64,000 nucleotides of DNA from Hyaloraphidium curvatum SAG 235-1 (GCA_025558095.1 JAIVFI010000032.1:372001-436000); one strand, 5' to 3'. Shown: positions 11,531-26,237, counted from the first letter of the stretch. The notes: generated by a model from the sequence alone, not told the origin. Made by a program: numbers and translations.

Positions 11531-12241
11531 TCAAGCATCCACCCTCAAGAACCTCCACATCCGCCCGCTACCGCCAGAGATCTGCCGCCCCACTTCTTCC
11601 CCTGCCTTCAGCGATCGCTGATACAACACCCTGAGCCTTTCTGCAGCCAACTGGGCCCGCTCCGAGATGAAAGTCCTCGCGGTTTCGAAGTGCTGGGGCA
11701 CGGCTTCCCCCACATCATCGATGCGGCTCCGCAAAACGTCGAGACGGGAGGGCGCAGAGGGCGTGAAATATGCGGAAAAGGGCCGCAGTCCCTCCTTGGC
11801 CCTGGCCTTGTACGGAATTCGAACGACATAGACCTGCTTTCCACGAGTGACGCGGACCCGGATCCAGGAGTTCGCCTCTGCGGCGCCCGGCAGGTCGTCG
11901 ACCGTCGCCTCCGTCGACGATGCGGAAGAAAGAACGGAAAGAACGCGCCGGTGGTGCTCCGAGTCGGTCAGGCGAACCTCGACTGCGTGGACCGAAGGTC
12001 AAGCCAGAGAAGCCCAAGAGGCGCACGTCAGTTTCAGGCCATATCGGACCCCAAAAAACCACTCACGGCCCTTCCAAGTGTTGAAGAACTCGACATCGAG
12101 CTCCTCGATGCTCATAGTGGCCACGGGAAGCGGGCTGGCCGCCGCGAGGGTCGGAGCGCCGAGGTGCGGCGGAGCGAGGCCCACGGCGCACCAGGCGGCC
12201 GCCGCGAGGACCACCCAGAGCCGCGGAGCGAGCGTGCTCAT
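11531..12241 (-). CDS. Hypothetical protein with N-terminal signal/TM segment (2 exons)
   Basis: MSTLAPRLWVVLAAAAWCAVG..., a GTGAGT donor at ~12066 and an acceptor at ~11983, then an open frame to the stop at 11531. Confidence 0.5.
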
Positions 12242-12493
12242 CGCAGGACGGCGCATCACTGCAGGCGAGGCGGGGGGGATGGTTGTTCGTGTTGCGTTGT
12301 GATGGGTGACTCGAAGGTAAGAGCGGAGTCAGACGAACTAGTCAAGCGGTCGCACCGAAATCAACGAACTGCCGGACTGCCGCAGCCATCAGCAAATTTC
12401 AGCATTCATGATATCAACGAGCTGGAATTTGACGAAGACAGTGCTCAACGTGTTGTTTCATGCTATACACGAACTTCGCCACCTCCAGGAGCA

Positions 12494-14257
12494 TCAGGCA
12501 ACGTCAGTGCCGGCATCTGAAGAGCTGTCCGACAAGTCCGAGTCGGCCTTGATCTCGGCGTCCGCCTTCTTCTTGGCCCTCTTCACCGCGGCCTTGTCCG
12601 TACCAGCACACTCCTCCGCCGTCTTCGCCTCCGCCGCCTTCTTGGCCTCCTCCACCTTGTTCGCCAGCCTCGCCTCCTCCTCGGCCTGCTCCTTCAGCCA
12701 GTTGTCCAACCCGTCCAGCACACCACGGGGACCATCAACGCGGAACGCCATGAACAGCCCCTGAAGCGCGGCCGTGGTCTGCGTGCCCTCGCCGATCCGC
12801 TCCGCGATCTCGTCCGCCAGCGCCTCGACATCCTGGCCGGGGTACGCGCCGACGGGGAAGAACTTGAGCGCCATCCTGCGGACCTGGCTGCGGTCGGCCT
12901 TGCCGAAGAAGATGCGCTTGTCGACACGGCCGGGGCGGAGGAGGGCTGGGGGGAGGCGCTCGGGGTGGTTCGTGGTGAGGAAGACGAGCGAACCCTCCTG
13001 CGCCGCGATGCCGTCCAGGGCGTTGAGAAGGCCGGAGAGGGTGACCGAGCTGCCGTTGCCGGCGCGCATGTTGTTGCCTCCTTCGACGGGGCCGGTGGGC
13101 TTCGAAGTGTCCTCGGGAGGGAAGGCTGCGTCGACATCCTCGAGGAGGAGAATCGAGTCCGGAGGAGCCGCGATCATGAGCTCATTCAGGGTCTGGTCGC
13201 TCATGACGGGCGAGGAGAGCGAGACAACGCAGACCGAGAGGCCGAGGTGGCCAGCAAGCGCCACGATAATCGAGCTCTTGCCGCAACCAGGGGGGCCAAA
13301 AAGAAGGTAACCGCGCCTGTAAGGGACACCGCAGCCGGCGTACCAGTCCCGAGAGGTTTGGAAGGTGCGGATGTCGTTGACCAGGTCCTCCTTCACGCCG
13401 TCCTTCAGGATGACCGACTCGAAGCTGCGGGGCTTCCTGGTCGCGGTCCGCCTCCAGCGGTCGTAGGTCGGCGAGAACACCATGGTCTTGTCAGACGCTT
13501 CGGCGTAGCCCAGGTCGACCGCCTCCTTGATCATGTCGCGCAGCAGCTTCGTGTCCCCGCGAGGCGCCCAGGTGGAGAAAGTGATCACGGACTCGGGCCT
13601 CTTGCGCGAGGATCCACGCCCCGCGTCCTCGGAAGCCGCCGATGCCTGCGATCCGCACGAGACCCGGACGCGCCGGCCGTGAACCCAAAGATCATAGTCT
13701 CCCTGGTCGGGAACGAAGACCAGCTTGGGCCGCCGGGCCTCGGGGTCCATCCGCTGATCGTAGTACGGATCCGTCTGGTACTTGTCGACGAAGAACGACT
13801 TGGCCACGAGCCGGCGGACCTTGCCCGCGGTGTGTACGGCCAGCTGGTCCGCCTCGATGCGCTCGCCCGTGATCTCCCCCGACAGGCGCTGGTACAGATA
13901 CTCCGAGACATGGCTGTACACCTCCTCCTTCTCCGTGATGGTCAGCGAGACGTAGCACATGTCCAGGAGGTGGCGGTACAGGCTCAGCGCGCGCTGGCGA
14001 AGAGAGTCCAGCAGGAAACCCATGACCATGAGCGCGAGGCCGCCCGAGAAGATCTGGTTCGAGAGGAAGAGCGACGCCGCGGGGCCGAAGAAGTACGTGG
14101 CCAGGAAGGTGACTAGCGTGCCCTGCAAGCCGGGGAGGGAGAAGGCGCCGTCGGCGGACGCGTTCGCAGCCTGCGGCCCGGCGAATGCCTGCGCATGCCC
14201 GGCGAAGGTGCCGGGGCCCGCGAGGAGGAGCTCGGCGATGATGTTGGCGCTCGCCAT
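12494..14257 (-). CDS. BCS1: BCS1-like mitochondrial AAA+ ATPase
   Basis: N-terminal TM (NQIFSGGLALMVMG), GVPYRRGYLLFGPPGCGKSS (Walker A), ILLLEDVD (Walker B), VTLSGLLNALDG and TTNHPERLPPALLRPGRVD. Intronless. Confidence 0.88.
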   Translation of the reverse strand: MASANIIAELLLAGPGTFAGHAQAFAGPQAANASADGAFSLPGLQGTLVTFLATYFFGPAASLFLSNQIFSGGLALMVMGFLLDSLRQRALSLYRHLLDMCYVSLTITEKEEVYSHVSEYLYQRLSGEITGERIEADQLAVHTAGKVRRLVAKSFFVDKYQTDPYYDQRMDPEARRPKLVFVPDQGDYDLWVHGRRVRVSCGSQASAASEDAGRGSSRKRPESVITFSTWAPRGDTKLLRDMIKEAVDLGYAEASDKTMVFSPTYDRWRRTATRKPRSFESVILKDGVKEDLVNDIRTFQTSRDWYAGCGVPYRRGYLLFGPPGCGKSSIIVALAGHLGLSVCVVSLSSPVMSDQTLNELMIAAPPDSILLLEDVDAAFPPEDTSKPTGPVEGGNNMRAGNGSSVTLSGLLNALDGIAAQEGSLVFLTTNHPERLPPALLRPGRVDKRIFFGKADRSQVRRMALKFFPVGAYPGQDVEALADEIAERIGEGTQTTAALQGLFMAFRVDGPRGVLDGLDNWLKEQAEEEARLANKVEEAKKAAEAKTAEECAGTDKAAVKRAKKKADAEIKADSDLSDSSSDAGTDVA

Positions 14258-14496
14258 GGATTCAATCGGCGGAAAGGACGTGGAAGAACTGGACCACGAC
14301 CGTCTGGCAACGCGCGTTTTTGAATACTTGGTGGAGAAGCTCGAGGCTGCGCACCTGAGTGTCGGGGCGAACTGGCCGTGGGGGATTTCCCGCCCACAGC
14401 CACGTTGCGATTCGCGCCTGCTGAATCCACTCCACCCCGCGCAAAAGTGGAGAAGCAACGAGATGAATGATCACGACTACATCAGAGTTCTTCAAT

Positions 14497-17400
14497 TCAA
14501 GCACGCACGCTGTCCACGAACGGAGGGGCCACGAGGTAGGTGAAGAGGTTGTTGTCGATATGCAGGAGCCGCTCGCGGTCCCGAGCCCGAAGGCCCTTTA
14601 CGATGATGTCGTAGAGATCGTCGACCAGCGATCGCTGAAGGCCTGCAGCAAAATCAGTCAGCCACGGGCTCCCCGGGGGTCGGGGGTCGAGATAAACCCA
14701 CTAAAGTAGGCATGCCGCAGGGCCTGCACGTTGACCTTCAGCAGCGTCGTGTCCACCACGTCCATGTCCAAGTATCGCTTCCAAAACTTGCCACCGGGCC
14801 TCTCGACCGTCCCCGGAGCTTCCCACGACGCCCTGGATTGGCCGCTGATCCCGCCGCCTATGACCTCGAGCTCGTAGCTGCGGCGCGCCTCGGTCGTCCC
14901 CATTCCGGCTTCAAGGTCGACCGTGGGGGATTGCAGCACCCCGTCCTTGAATTTGTGGTACAGCCCGCCGATCTTGTAGCCGAGCGCGCGGTAGTCGGGC
15001 TCTTTGGGCTCAAACCAGTTGAGCTTGGTGAAGATCTCGGCGTAGCTGAGCGCGCCGTCCTCCTGGTCGGCATACAGAGTTATGAGCTCCGTGTAGCGGC
15101 GCAGCTCCTGGAACTGATGGTTCACGAAAGGCTTGAGCGGCGCTTCGGCGTTGAGCATCGTGAAGGACAGCAGCCTGGGCTTCAGGCCGCCGTCGCCCAG
15201 ATCTTCACCGGCGTCCATCCTTCGCACCTCCTCCAGGTCCAAGAACACCTCGCCGAGCCGGTCCGAAATTCCCAGCGGTATTCGCGGCCCCATGGAATGA
15301 GCAAAGAGGTGAACGGCTCGGAACCGCTTGCCCAGCTGCTTGAGGGCTTCGACAAAGTCGTCGTGGCACAAGGGATTCATGGCCATGGCCTTCGCCTGGA
15401 AGAACGAAAGCTCGCGGCCTCCCGGCCAGCTGAACACGAACGGCTTGATGCGGTCGGGGAACTCGGCGTAGGCTGCCACGTATCTCGTTAGCAGAACGCA
15501 AGAAAGGAGTCCGAATCCGCTCACTAAGAAGTTGACCCAGCACCCTCATGGCCCACTTCGAATTGGAGTTGAATCCCGGCACAAACACGAGGGCCTCTTG
15601 CGCCTCAATCGGCGCTGGCGAAGACAGGACCGCCGACGGCTTCTGGCTGGCCCGAAACATCGGTTCCGTCTCTTCCGAACTCGTAGGTTGCCGTTCTAGG
15701 GCAGCCACGCGACTTGTGTCAATCACCGCAGCGGTGCCCGATTCCGACTGCAGGGGAAGCGTTCCTGCATTCATGCCGTCGATCACGTCGTCCACAATGT
15801 CCTCTTGGTCCTTCATGAAAGTCGGCGCGATGATCATCTTGGCCTCCGGGAGGTTGGTGAAGAAGCTGCCGGCGACCGAACACTCCACGGTCGCAAAGCC
15901 CCACGACAGGCCGTTGGCGTTCCGCTCGGGGATGAACGTGGGGTTGTCCCACGGCTTGCTTGAATTCGAGACGAACCCGATGCGGATGCACTTGAAGGCA
16001 TTGCCGGTGCCCGTCTCGCGCGACCTGAAAGGACCGACGGGGAACCCATCCTCCCACCAGCCAGCCAAGCACTCCCCAGAAAAGGCTGCGAGAACGCGTG
16101 GAATGAGAAAAGATGGTTCCTACCGGCAGGAGTGCCGCGTACCGTCATCTTTCCATTCGCCAAAGCCGTGAGGCTTTCCGTCCGTGCCAATGCTGCCGCG
16201 GTAGCTGAAGGTGTTGGTGGCCATCTTCCACTTTCGAGGCTCCCAGGCCTCGTACGACTTCGAGCTGCAATCAGAATGGTGGACGTTGGGGAAACCGCGA
16301 CAGAGCTCACATAGCTAGCCCAAGCCCAGTGCCCTGCCGAACTGACGAACGCGTTCTTCATCGGCTTGATCCTCCACCACTTGACGGCGTCCTGTTCCGA
16401 GCCGACTGTCCCCTGCCTGACCAGCCACGGATAAAGGTACCTCAAGGCTAGGTGAGCCAAAAGGGCTACAGCCATCAGGCACACCGTGGTGATGATGATG
16501 GCCCGGATCGCGACGCCATACTCGGGATCGCAGAGAGGGCAGTTCACGTATTCGGGCTTGGGGTTGTAGACGAACGCGACGTTGGCGGCGACGTACGCAA
16601 GGAGGCCAAGAAGAAAGAAGTAGAAGACGACGCGGGCCAGCAGTGTAACCTCGGAACCAACACAGTGAGACACGGGTCAGAGACTGTGGGCGCACCACAC
16701 ACCTTGACGACGATATAGAACAGCAATGGGAAGACGAAAAGGGTCAGGAGCAAATTTACGACGCTGCTGCCAATCCCGGCATAGGTAGTCCCGCCCAAGA
16801 GGCCCAGGAAGCCGAGAAAGAGGATGACCGTGAAGGAAATCCACATAATCCGGGAAGAGTTCGACGACTTGTAGCGGCCCGTCCTCTGCCGTTCCATTTT
16901 GCGGTACTGCATGTACCGAAAAGTGTCGATCAGGTTGACGCCCTCGATCTTGCTGCGGACCGACATCCTCCGCCGCTTCGTGCGGAATGTCAGCCGACCG
17001 TCGCGGACCAGCCTCTCCCCTTCAAGCTCCGATTGCGCGCGCAGAAGGTTCAGAAGTTCTTGACCGCGAGGATCCTGGGAGAAAACGTCCTCTGTGATGC
17101 CGCCCATGATTGGGTACCCGTCCCCGTCGAGCACGGCCTCCTCCGCCGTGGAGAGGTAGAGCTTCACAGGCCCCGGCGGAGGCCGTTGGCCGGCCATCGC
17201 CATGCTCCGCGCCGCCCTGGCAGACGCGTCGAGCGAGGCGCTAGAAGCGCCGGGTTTCGCGTCCGGGGTCGCCAGATTTCCGTTCGTGGTTCCCGTCCCG
17301 CCCGCGTGCTCAACACTGTCCATTGCTGCCGCGACGTGATGGACCAGAATAGGGCTAGGAACACGATTCGGCGCCTCGGGCGGGTCCCCGCTGCCCAGCG

Positions 17401-17500
17401 TCTCCAACGCGGGCGTCGAAGGCGACGGAACGACATGCGGGGGTTCGGGCTCGGCCGGGCGCGGTGCGCCGACCAGGCCTCCTCCCTTCTCAAGGTCCAT
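14497..17500 (-). CDS. Multi-pass membrane protein with C-terminal alpha/beta hydrolase (DUF900-like) domain
   Basis: About 4 N-terminal TM helices, then ALVFVPGFNS, VFSWPG, VHLFAHSMG (nucleophile elbow) and TLYADQEDGAL. Last exon LQRSLVDDLYDII...SVRA*. About 4-5 introns. Confidence 0.7.
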
Positions 17501-18211
17501 GGCAATAGGATCGCGATGTCCGATTAGAAAGGAGGTCTAGCTGCCCATGTGGGCCGTGGAACGCGCGTTGAGGTCCCTTGTGAAAGGTGCGGAGAAAAGC
17601 AGCTCCGATCAGCAGAGTCCGACGCAGCGCATCGGCCGGAGAGCGGCCGCCAAGCGGTTGACCATATTTCGCACGACGGCCGATCGCATTCGTCTTGTAC
17701 GATCTCATCCAGACAGAGCTAGCATCGACCGACTTTTTGAGCTAGAGCACCGGTCCACGCGACGGCAACTATCGTCGGACCTAGACGCAAGCAAGCCACG
17801 CAACATCGCTGGAAAGCGATGGTTCTGCATTTCTCTTACAGCTAACTGAAGAATGTCGTTAGCGATCATCTTTGATCGTTGCCGCTCTTTATGGAAGAGA
17901 TCGTCATCACCGTGGGAACCGTGGAAGGGCGTACCAGGAACAAATGCGCACAGCAAATGAACGACCGCCGTTCACTGACTTACTGGATTAAGTCTGCTCC
18001 CCGTCTTGCCTGCGGCCTACAGTGGCTACGTGGAGATTATGTGGTGCTTACTAATCCGTCCCTCCCTTCCAATGTAGCGCAACGTCCATCCACAGCACAA
18101 CATTGTGGCCGCTTCGCCACGCCCGCAAGACAGACGGACGAGGACCGACCATGTAAGATAAGATCGGTCGGTCCGAGTGGCGTTGACTCATGACGATCAG
18201 TGGCTGTGTAA

Positions 18212-20005
<1,794 letters not shown>

Positions 20006-20236
20006 CTTGCAGCAAGGAATCGAGAAGAGGAGTCGGCGGGAGCTTTGACTTGGATCGGGCGCTTGGAAGGGGCGGGACATAGACAGATAATTGGCATGCC
20101 GTCGTTGATGTACCTATGTAATTGGAACGCGATGAGATTCGAGAGGATGGATGTTTGGGCCCCGGCGCCACCGGAGATACCGGGTGATTGTGGCGAAGGG
20201 GCGACACTCTCATCCTCGTCTCCCAGGGAAGTCACG

Positions 20237-21646
20237 ATGATTCCGCCGGAGTTCCTCCCCGCGGCGATCGCCGCCGCCTCGCAGCCTTCGGACGTGCTGC
20301 CCTACGCGGCCGTCGTGCGCTCCGGCGAGCCCTACAAGTCGCTGCAGAAGTCGAACTACCACCTGGGTTCCTCGGGCGGCCTGGGCGTCCGCTCCCGCGA
20401 GAAGACCGCCTTCGCGTCGAACCCGGCTCCCGGGCTGAACCTGGAGGATGAGAATCTGTTCTACAACACCCGCGGCGCGGCGGAGAAGTACTGGGCCGGC
20501 ACCAGGCTCCCGCAGCCCACTCGGGACCTGCGTCGTCTCCGCGCCGATTTGGTGGAGTTCGGGTACGCGCTGCTGGCCGATGGGATGAGCAAGGAGCAGG
20601 TGGCGGCGGTGAGGGAGCGGGTGTACGAGCAGGCGAGGAACGAGCGCAAGGCCGGGTTGGCGTCGCTGGATGCGGGGCCGCCCCCGCCGGGACAGACGGT
20701 GCCGCCCGTTCAGGTGAAAGTGATCGCCGAAATGGAGCATTCTGTGCCACTAACGGTAGTTCGGGCAGCTCGTGCACTCGCTGCTCAACAAGGGCGACGT
20801 CTTCCGGCGTGTGATGGAGTTCGACCCCGAGGCGTTCCAGGGCGGGCCGGTGGTGGAGCAGATCCTCAAGGAGTGCCTCGGAGACGGGTTCCTGCACAGC
20901 ACTTTCGTGTGCCTCATTGCCGTGAGCGCCGCCTACTCGGGTTTTGCGCGCAAGGTGTGCTCACCTCCCTCGACATGGATCAGTCGCAATTCAACCTGCC
21001 GCAGTACATGCACCAAGACCAGGTCATGGCCCCCTTTCAGACACCCCTCGGACCGGTTTCTGTCAACACCATGGTCTTCCTGGACGACTTTTCGGCGGAA
21101 AACGGCGGAACGCTTGTGGTTCCGACCTCGCACCGCCTCGTCTCGTCGAGCGAGCCCGGCAAGATGCCCCCGCTCCCTCCCCCCGTCGCCGCCTCGGGCC
21201 CCGCCGGCACCGTGCTCTTCTTCGAGGGCCGCCTGGTCCACGGCACCGGCGTCAACCGCACTCGGAAACCGAGAGCGGGCCTGATCCTCGACAACAGGAT
21301 GCACTTCCTCCGGCAGCAGGAGCTCTGGCTGCTCTCCCTCGCCCCCGACGTGATCGCCAAGCTCAAGCCGCGCACGCTCGCCCGGCTGGGGTTCCACCCC
21401 GTTGGGATGGGCGGCGCCGAGGGCACTTTCAGGGGGTGGCAGGTGGAGCACAGGCTGGCCATCGCCGAGGGGCGGTACGTGCCCGTGAGGGAGCTCCGCG
21501 ACGGGGCGGGCGAGGAGGAGCTGGAGAGGGACTATACGTGGCGGCACACCGACACCGGGAGGAGGCTGGGGCCGCACCAGATGGAGGCGACGGAGGGGGT
21601 GAGGAGGCGGTTCGCGAACGTGGCTGGGAGGGATCCCAAGCTTTGA
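20237..21646 (+). CDS. PhyH-family Fe(II)/2OG dioxygenase (second copy; 2 introns)
   Basis: DLVEFGYALL, MHQDQ (HxD), NTMVFLDDFSAENGGTLVVPTSH and FEGRLVHGTGVNRT. Introns at ~20713-20768 and ~20922-20982. Confidence 0.85.
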   Translation: MIPPEFLPAAIAAASQPSDVLPYAAVVRSGEPYKSLQKSNYHLGSSGGLGVRSREKTAFASNPAPGLNLEDENLFYNTRGAAEKYWAGTRLPQPTRDLRRLRADLVEFGYALLADGMSKEQVAAVRERVYEQARNERKAGLASLDAGPPPPGQTVPPVQVKVIAEMEHSVPLTVVRAARALAAQQGRRLPACDGVRPRGVPGRAGGGADPQGVPRRRVPAQHFRVPHCRERRLLGFCAQGVLTSLDMDQSQFNLPQYMHQDQVMAPFQTPLGPVSVNTMVFLDDFSAENGGTLVVPTSHRLVSSSEPGKMPPLPPPVAASGPAGTVLFFEGRLVHGTGVNRTRKPRAGLILDNRMHFLRQQELWLLSLAPDVIAKLKPRTLARLGFHPVGMGGAEGTFRGWQVEHRLAIAEGRYVPVRELRDGAGEEELERDYTWRHTDTGRRLGPHQMEATEGVRRRFANVAGRDPKL

Positions 21647-21946
21647 GCTTTGTGGGGGGCGATGGATCGATCGATGGAACGTGCGAATTGGCGATTCGGC
21701 TGTATGGATTCGAAGTAAGGAATTGAATTCGTCTCTCCTCCATCAATCAGGGGCGAGGAGTTAGTAGAGATGTGCCGCCGCCGCGGGCTCGTGCAACCCC
21801 GACACTGGCCGAGGGGGGAAAGTGGGACACGGCGTCCAGAACCACCCGGGGTCCAATCGCGGATCTCGGCGGCGCGCTGCGGCGCATTGGTGCGGCACCC
21901 GCTTCGCCGCGCGTATGCGCGCGGCTGCCGGGCGGTCCTCCGCGCC

Positions 21947-24136
21947 ATGAAGGTCCCGCTCGGCCGCACGGCCGTCGCGGTGCTCGCGGCGCTGGCCGTC
22001 GCGCTCGTGGTGTTCGGAACACCGAGTCCGCGCGGGGCATCGCGGCCGCCCGCGCCCCCGCCGGGCGCGTTCCGCGGGGCCGTCGCGGGCGGGCCAACTC
22101 CGCCGCGGGTCGCCCCGCCGCCGCCGCCCGACAGCCTCCGCTGGCAGGCCGGCGGGCCTCCGCCGACGGACCAGCAGCAGACTGATCTGAATGCTGCGGG
22201 CGGGGCCCCGGGTGCAGGTGGGGCTGCCGGTGGGACACGCTCGGACCCGGATAAGGATCCTGCCGAGGACGAGGCGGGGGCTGATGGAGGCACCGGCAGA
22301 GAGCCGCATGGCGCTCCGAACGACCGGGAAGACGCGGGAAATTCGGACGAGAGTCCAGCGGATTTGGAGGAGGCCGGGGTGCCCCGACCAAAGGGCCGGC
22401 ACACCTTCTCCTCGGCAACCGGAGCCCAGGAGGGACGCGAGGAATCTCCCGCACGGGATTTGGCAGAGGACCGGGACAGAGCGGAAGACGGCGCCGATCC
22501 TGCGCCTGCGGAGCAAGGCGTGCCGCCCGCGGCCCCTGTTGTTCAGCCGCCCGACCCGGTCGCGGGAAACGACGACGGCCCCGCGGGCGACTCGGCTCCG
22601 CCTGCCCGCTGGTCCCCAGCGGGAACCCTCCCCTGCGTCATTTACAGCTCGATAAAGGGCCGGCACGGGCACGGCAACCAGATCAAGATCCTGCACCAGC
22701 TCATTGCCGCGGCCCGTGCCGTGGGATGCCGCCTCCTGCCACCGCAGATGGCCCGCTCTTCCGCCGTCATCATACCCATCGTTCCCATGTCGGACCTCTT
22801 CGACCTGGAGGTGGCCAGGACAAAGGACGGCTCGGGGCCGCTCTTCCTCGACATTGCCAAGCGGCCCGACGACCTCGAGCTCCTCCTCAGGCTCGCCAGC
22901 GCCTCGGGGGACCAGAAGCGCTTCAACGTCCGCGCGCTCCCGCTCTCGGGCCACGAGAACAAGGTGCCGTGGCGGCTCCCCTGCCTGGTCCCGACGCTGG
23001 GCGCCAAGGACGCGCGCCGCAACTGGACGCAGCCCTTCTTCTGCACCACCTTCAACGTCTTTCCCGAACCCGAACTCGCGCGGTACGCGTCGGCCTCGGA
23101 GGTGCCTGAATCGATATCGGGTCCGTTTGCGGGCAAGCTATGGGGCCTGACCATGCCCTTCTCCCTCAACCTGAGCTGCGGCATGGAGCTCGAAGCCGCC
23201 TCCATGCTGCCCCCACGGAAGGAGATCGTCGCGGCCGCGGGCAACTTTGTCAAGCAGGTCTTTGGCGGCGACCCGTTCCTGACCGCGCACGTGCGCTTGG
23301 GGGACATGCTGGCCTACTGCAAGGAGCGGCTGCGGTTCCCGCTCTGCGGATCCACGTGGGAGAGCGTGCTGCCCGAGATGGCGAGGTGGATGGCGGACGC
23401 GGGTGTGCGGTCCGCGTTCGTCGCCGGGGTCGCGGACGGGTGGGACCGGCTCGGCGCGGGGGTGTCGCGGCAGCTCGGCGACATGCCGCCAAAGGACAAT
23501 TTCGACGCCTCCCAGGGGATCCAGATCGTGGTTTCGGCTACGGGAGGGAACTGGCACATGGTCTCGGTGAAGGACACCGGCGCCGATCCCCAGCTGCGCG
23601 TGCGGGTTGGCGTCCGCGTGGCCTCGGACCTCGCCGCCGCGCTGCGGGACCAGCGCCTCCGCCCCTCGGCGGAGCTGGTCCGCGCCGCGGGGAGCGACGA
23701 GCGCGCGCGGAAGATGCTGGGCGACATGGCGGGCCAGATCGTGGACCAGCTCGTGCTCTCGTGCGGGCAGCCCTTCCTGCAGACCTGGTTCTCGACCTTT
23801 GGCGGGTCGGCGGCGCTCATGCGGCACCACATGGCGGAGCACTGCCCGGACTTTTCGGCGCCCGCGCCGGCGGAGGACCCCGACGACAGGAGCACGCAGC
23901 AGGCCGCGTTCGAAGCCGCCGGCGTCTCCTTCGACCGGCTCCCGGCCTCGGTGGACCGCAAGACCCGGCCGCCGGACCGGTACTGGGCCATCGGGTGCCT
24001 GGGCCGAACGCTGCCCCCCCTCGGCGACGGCACCGTGTCGACGGCCTTCTTTTCGAGCATACCCTGGAGGGACAGGTTGAAGTGGAAGGAGGGGGAGAAG
24101 TGCCACGAGTGCGTCGGGCCGGACCATAGGTGGTGA
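21947..24136 (+). CDS. Type II membrane O-fucosyltransferase-like (GT-B) glycosyltransferase
   Basis: N-terminal TM and acidic/Pro stem, then fucosyltransferase-superfamily motifs GHGNQ, FLTAHVRLGD and VDQLVLSCGQPFLQTWFSTFG. Intronless. Confidence 0.7.
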   Translation: MKVPLGRTAVAVLAALAVALVVFGTPSPRGASRPPAPPPGAFRGAVAGGPTPPRVAPPPPPDSLRWQAGGPPPTDQQQTDLNAAGGAPGAGGAAGGTRSDPDKDPAEDEAGADGGTGREPHGAPNDREDAGNSDESPADLEEAGVPRPKGRHTFSSATGAQEGREESPARDLAEDRDRAEDGADPAPAEQGVPPAAPVVQPPDPVAGNDDGPAGDSAPPARWSPAGTLPCVIYSSIKGRHGHGNQIKILHQLIAAARAVGCRLLPPQMARSSAVIIPIVPMSDLFDLEVARTKDGSGPLFLDIAKRPDDLELLLRLASASGDQKRFNVRALPLSGHENKVPWRLPCLVPTLGAKDARRNWTQPFFCTTFNVFPEPELARYASASEVPESISGPFAGKLWGLTMPFSLNLSCGMELEAASMLPPRKEIVAAAGNFVKQVFGGDPFLTAHVRLGDMLAYCKERLRFPLCGSTWESVLPEMARWMADAGVRSAFVAGVADGWDRLGAGVSRQLGDMPPKDNFDASQGIQIVVSATGGNWHMVSVKDTGADPQLRVRVGVRVASDLAAALRDQRLRPSAELVRAAGSDERARKMLGDMAGQIVDQLVLSCGQPFLQTWFSTFGGSAALMRHHMAEHCPDFSAPAPAEDPDDRSTQQAAFEAAGVSFDRLPASVDRKTRPPDRYWAIGCLGRTLPPLGDGTVSTAFFSSIPWRDRLKWKEGEKCHECVGPDHRW

Positions 24137-24216
24137 TCCGCCCCGGGGAAAGGAGAAGCTGTAGCATGGCGATCAATTGGCATAGACTGGCGGCTCCACC
24201 GCCCCGGATGCTCGAC

Positions 24217-24708
24217 CTAGCGCGCAGGGTCCGTCAGCAGCGTTTCCATCTTTGCCTCGAGATCCTCGATCCGGCTCGTCAGCGACGCCACCGCGCGCTC
24301 GAGCTGGTTCATCCTCCGCAGCATTCTCTCGTCGAAGGTCAACATCGCGTAAAGCTGGCTGTAGAGCACATCCCGTGCCCTCCTCTCCATCGCCAGCGCT
24401 GCCGAGAATTGTCCACCTGCTGAATTGACCAGCTCCATCCCGGGGACAGTCAGTCCCGCGATGCCGGAGGGAGCGGTCTCCAGCTGGGAGTTGGCCGCGG
24501 CCCTCGCGCCGTCCGCGCCGGCCATGGGCCCCTGGCTCTGCACGCGGAGCGTGACGTTGATCGCCGACAGATCGGAGAAGCTCTGCGCCGCGGCGGGTGG
24601 ACCGGCCAGGGCGAGGAAGGCGAGGAGGGCGGCAACGAAAAGGGCGGGAAGGCCTGGGGAACACGGTCAGCGGCGCCGCTGGAGCGGGCTGCGGGACGCA
24701 CGAATCAT
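24217..24708 (-). CDS. Small secreted protein with C-terminal coiled coil
   Basis: 7-nt first coding exon (ATG ATT C), a GTGCGT..CTGAC..CCAG intron, then MIRLPALFVAALLAFLALAGPPAAAQ (signal peptide) and MNQLERAVASLTSRIEDLEAKMETLL heptads. Confidence 0.6.
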
Positions 24709-24984
24709 GCTGAATGGAATGTTGGGGATCTCGGTTCGGCGCCGCGGATTTCTTCCGCGATTGGGCAGACACCGGGGGAGACGCTGACGGATACCTCCCT
24801 CCCCCTCAACCACCATGCCGCCCGACCCTATCAGCGAGTCCCTCAAAAAGTCGGCCAGGAAGGCAAACGATCAAGAATCAAAGATGATTGCAGCACAGCA
24901 CAGACAGGGCCGCCGGTGATGTGGAGGCAGAAGGCACGCTGATCGCGATTTCAGATATCAAAATTCACCATACAGACTCCGTTT

Positions 24985-25950
<966 letters not shown>

Positions 25951-26237
25951 GGTGGGGCAGGAAGCGGGCGACGCGGGGAGGGTTGTTGACCGGTTTAGGG
26001 GCCCGGTGCGCCCTCGTGCGGGGTCGAGACCGGGTGCGCCCGGTCCGAGGTGCTCCGATGAGACCAGGGAGAGACGTTTCCCGTCCGCGATGGCCCGGTG
26101 AAGATTGTCCGAGAGCCGGGAATTGGTTTGCCGCTTTGACGCGCGAGGGCCCAACAGCATTTTCGCGTAGGAGTCCCCTAGCCTTGGCGCGCACTACGCA
26201 AAAAACGCCCTCACCTCCCGCGGAGCCTGCGCACGCC

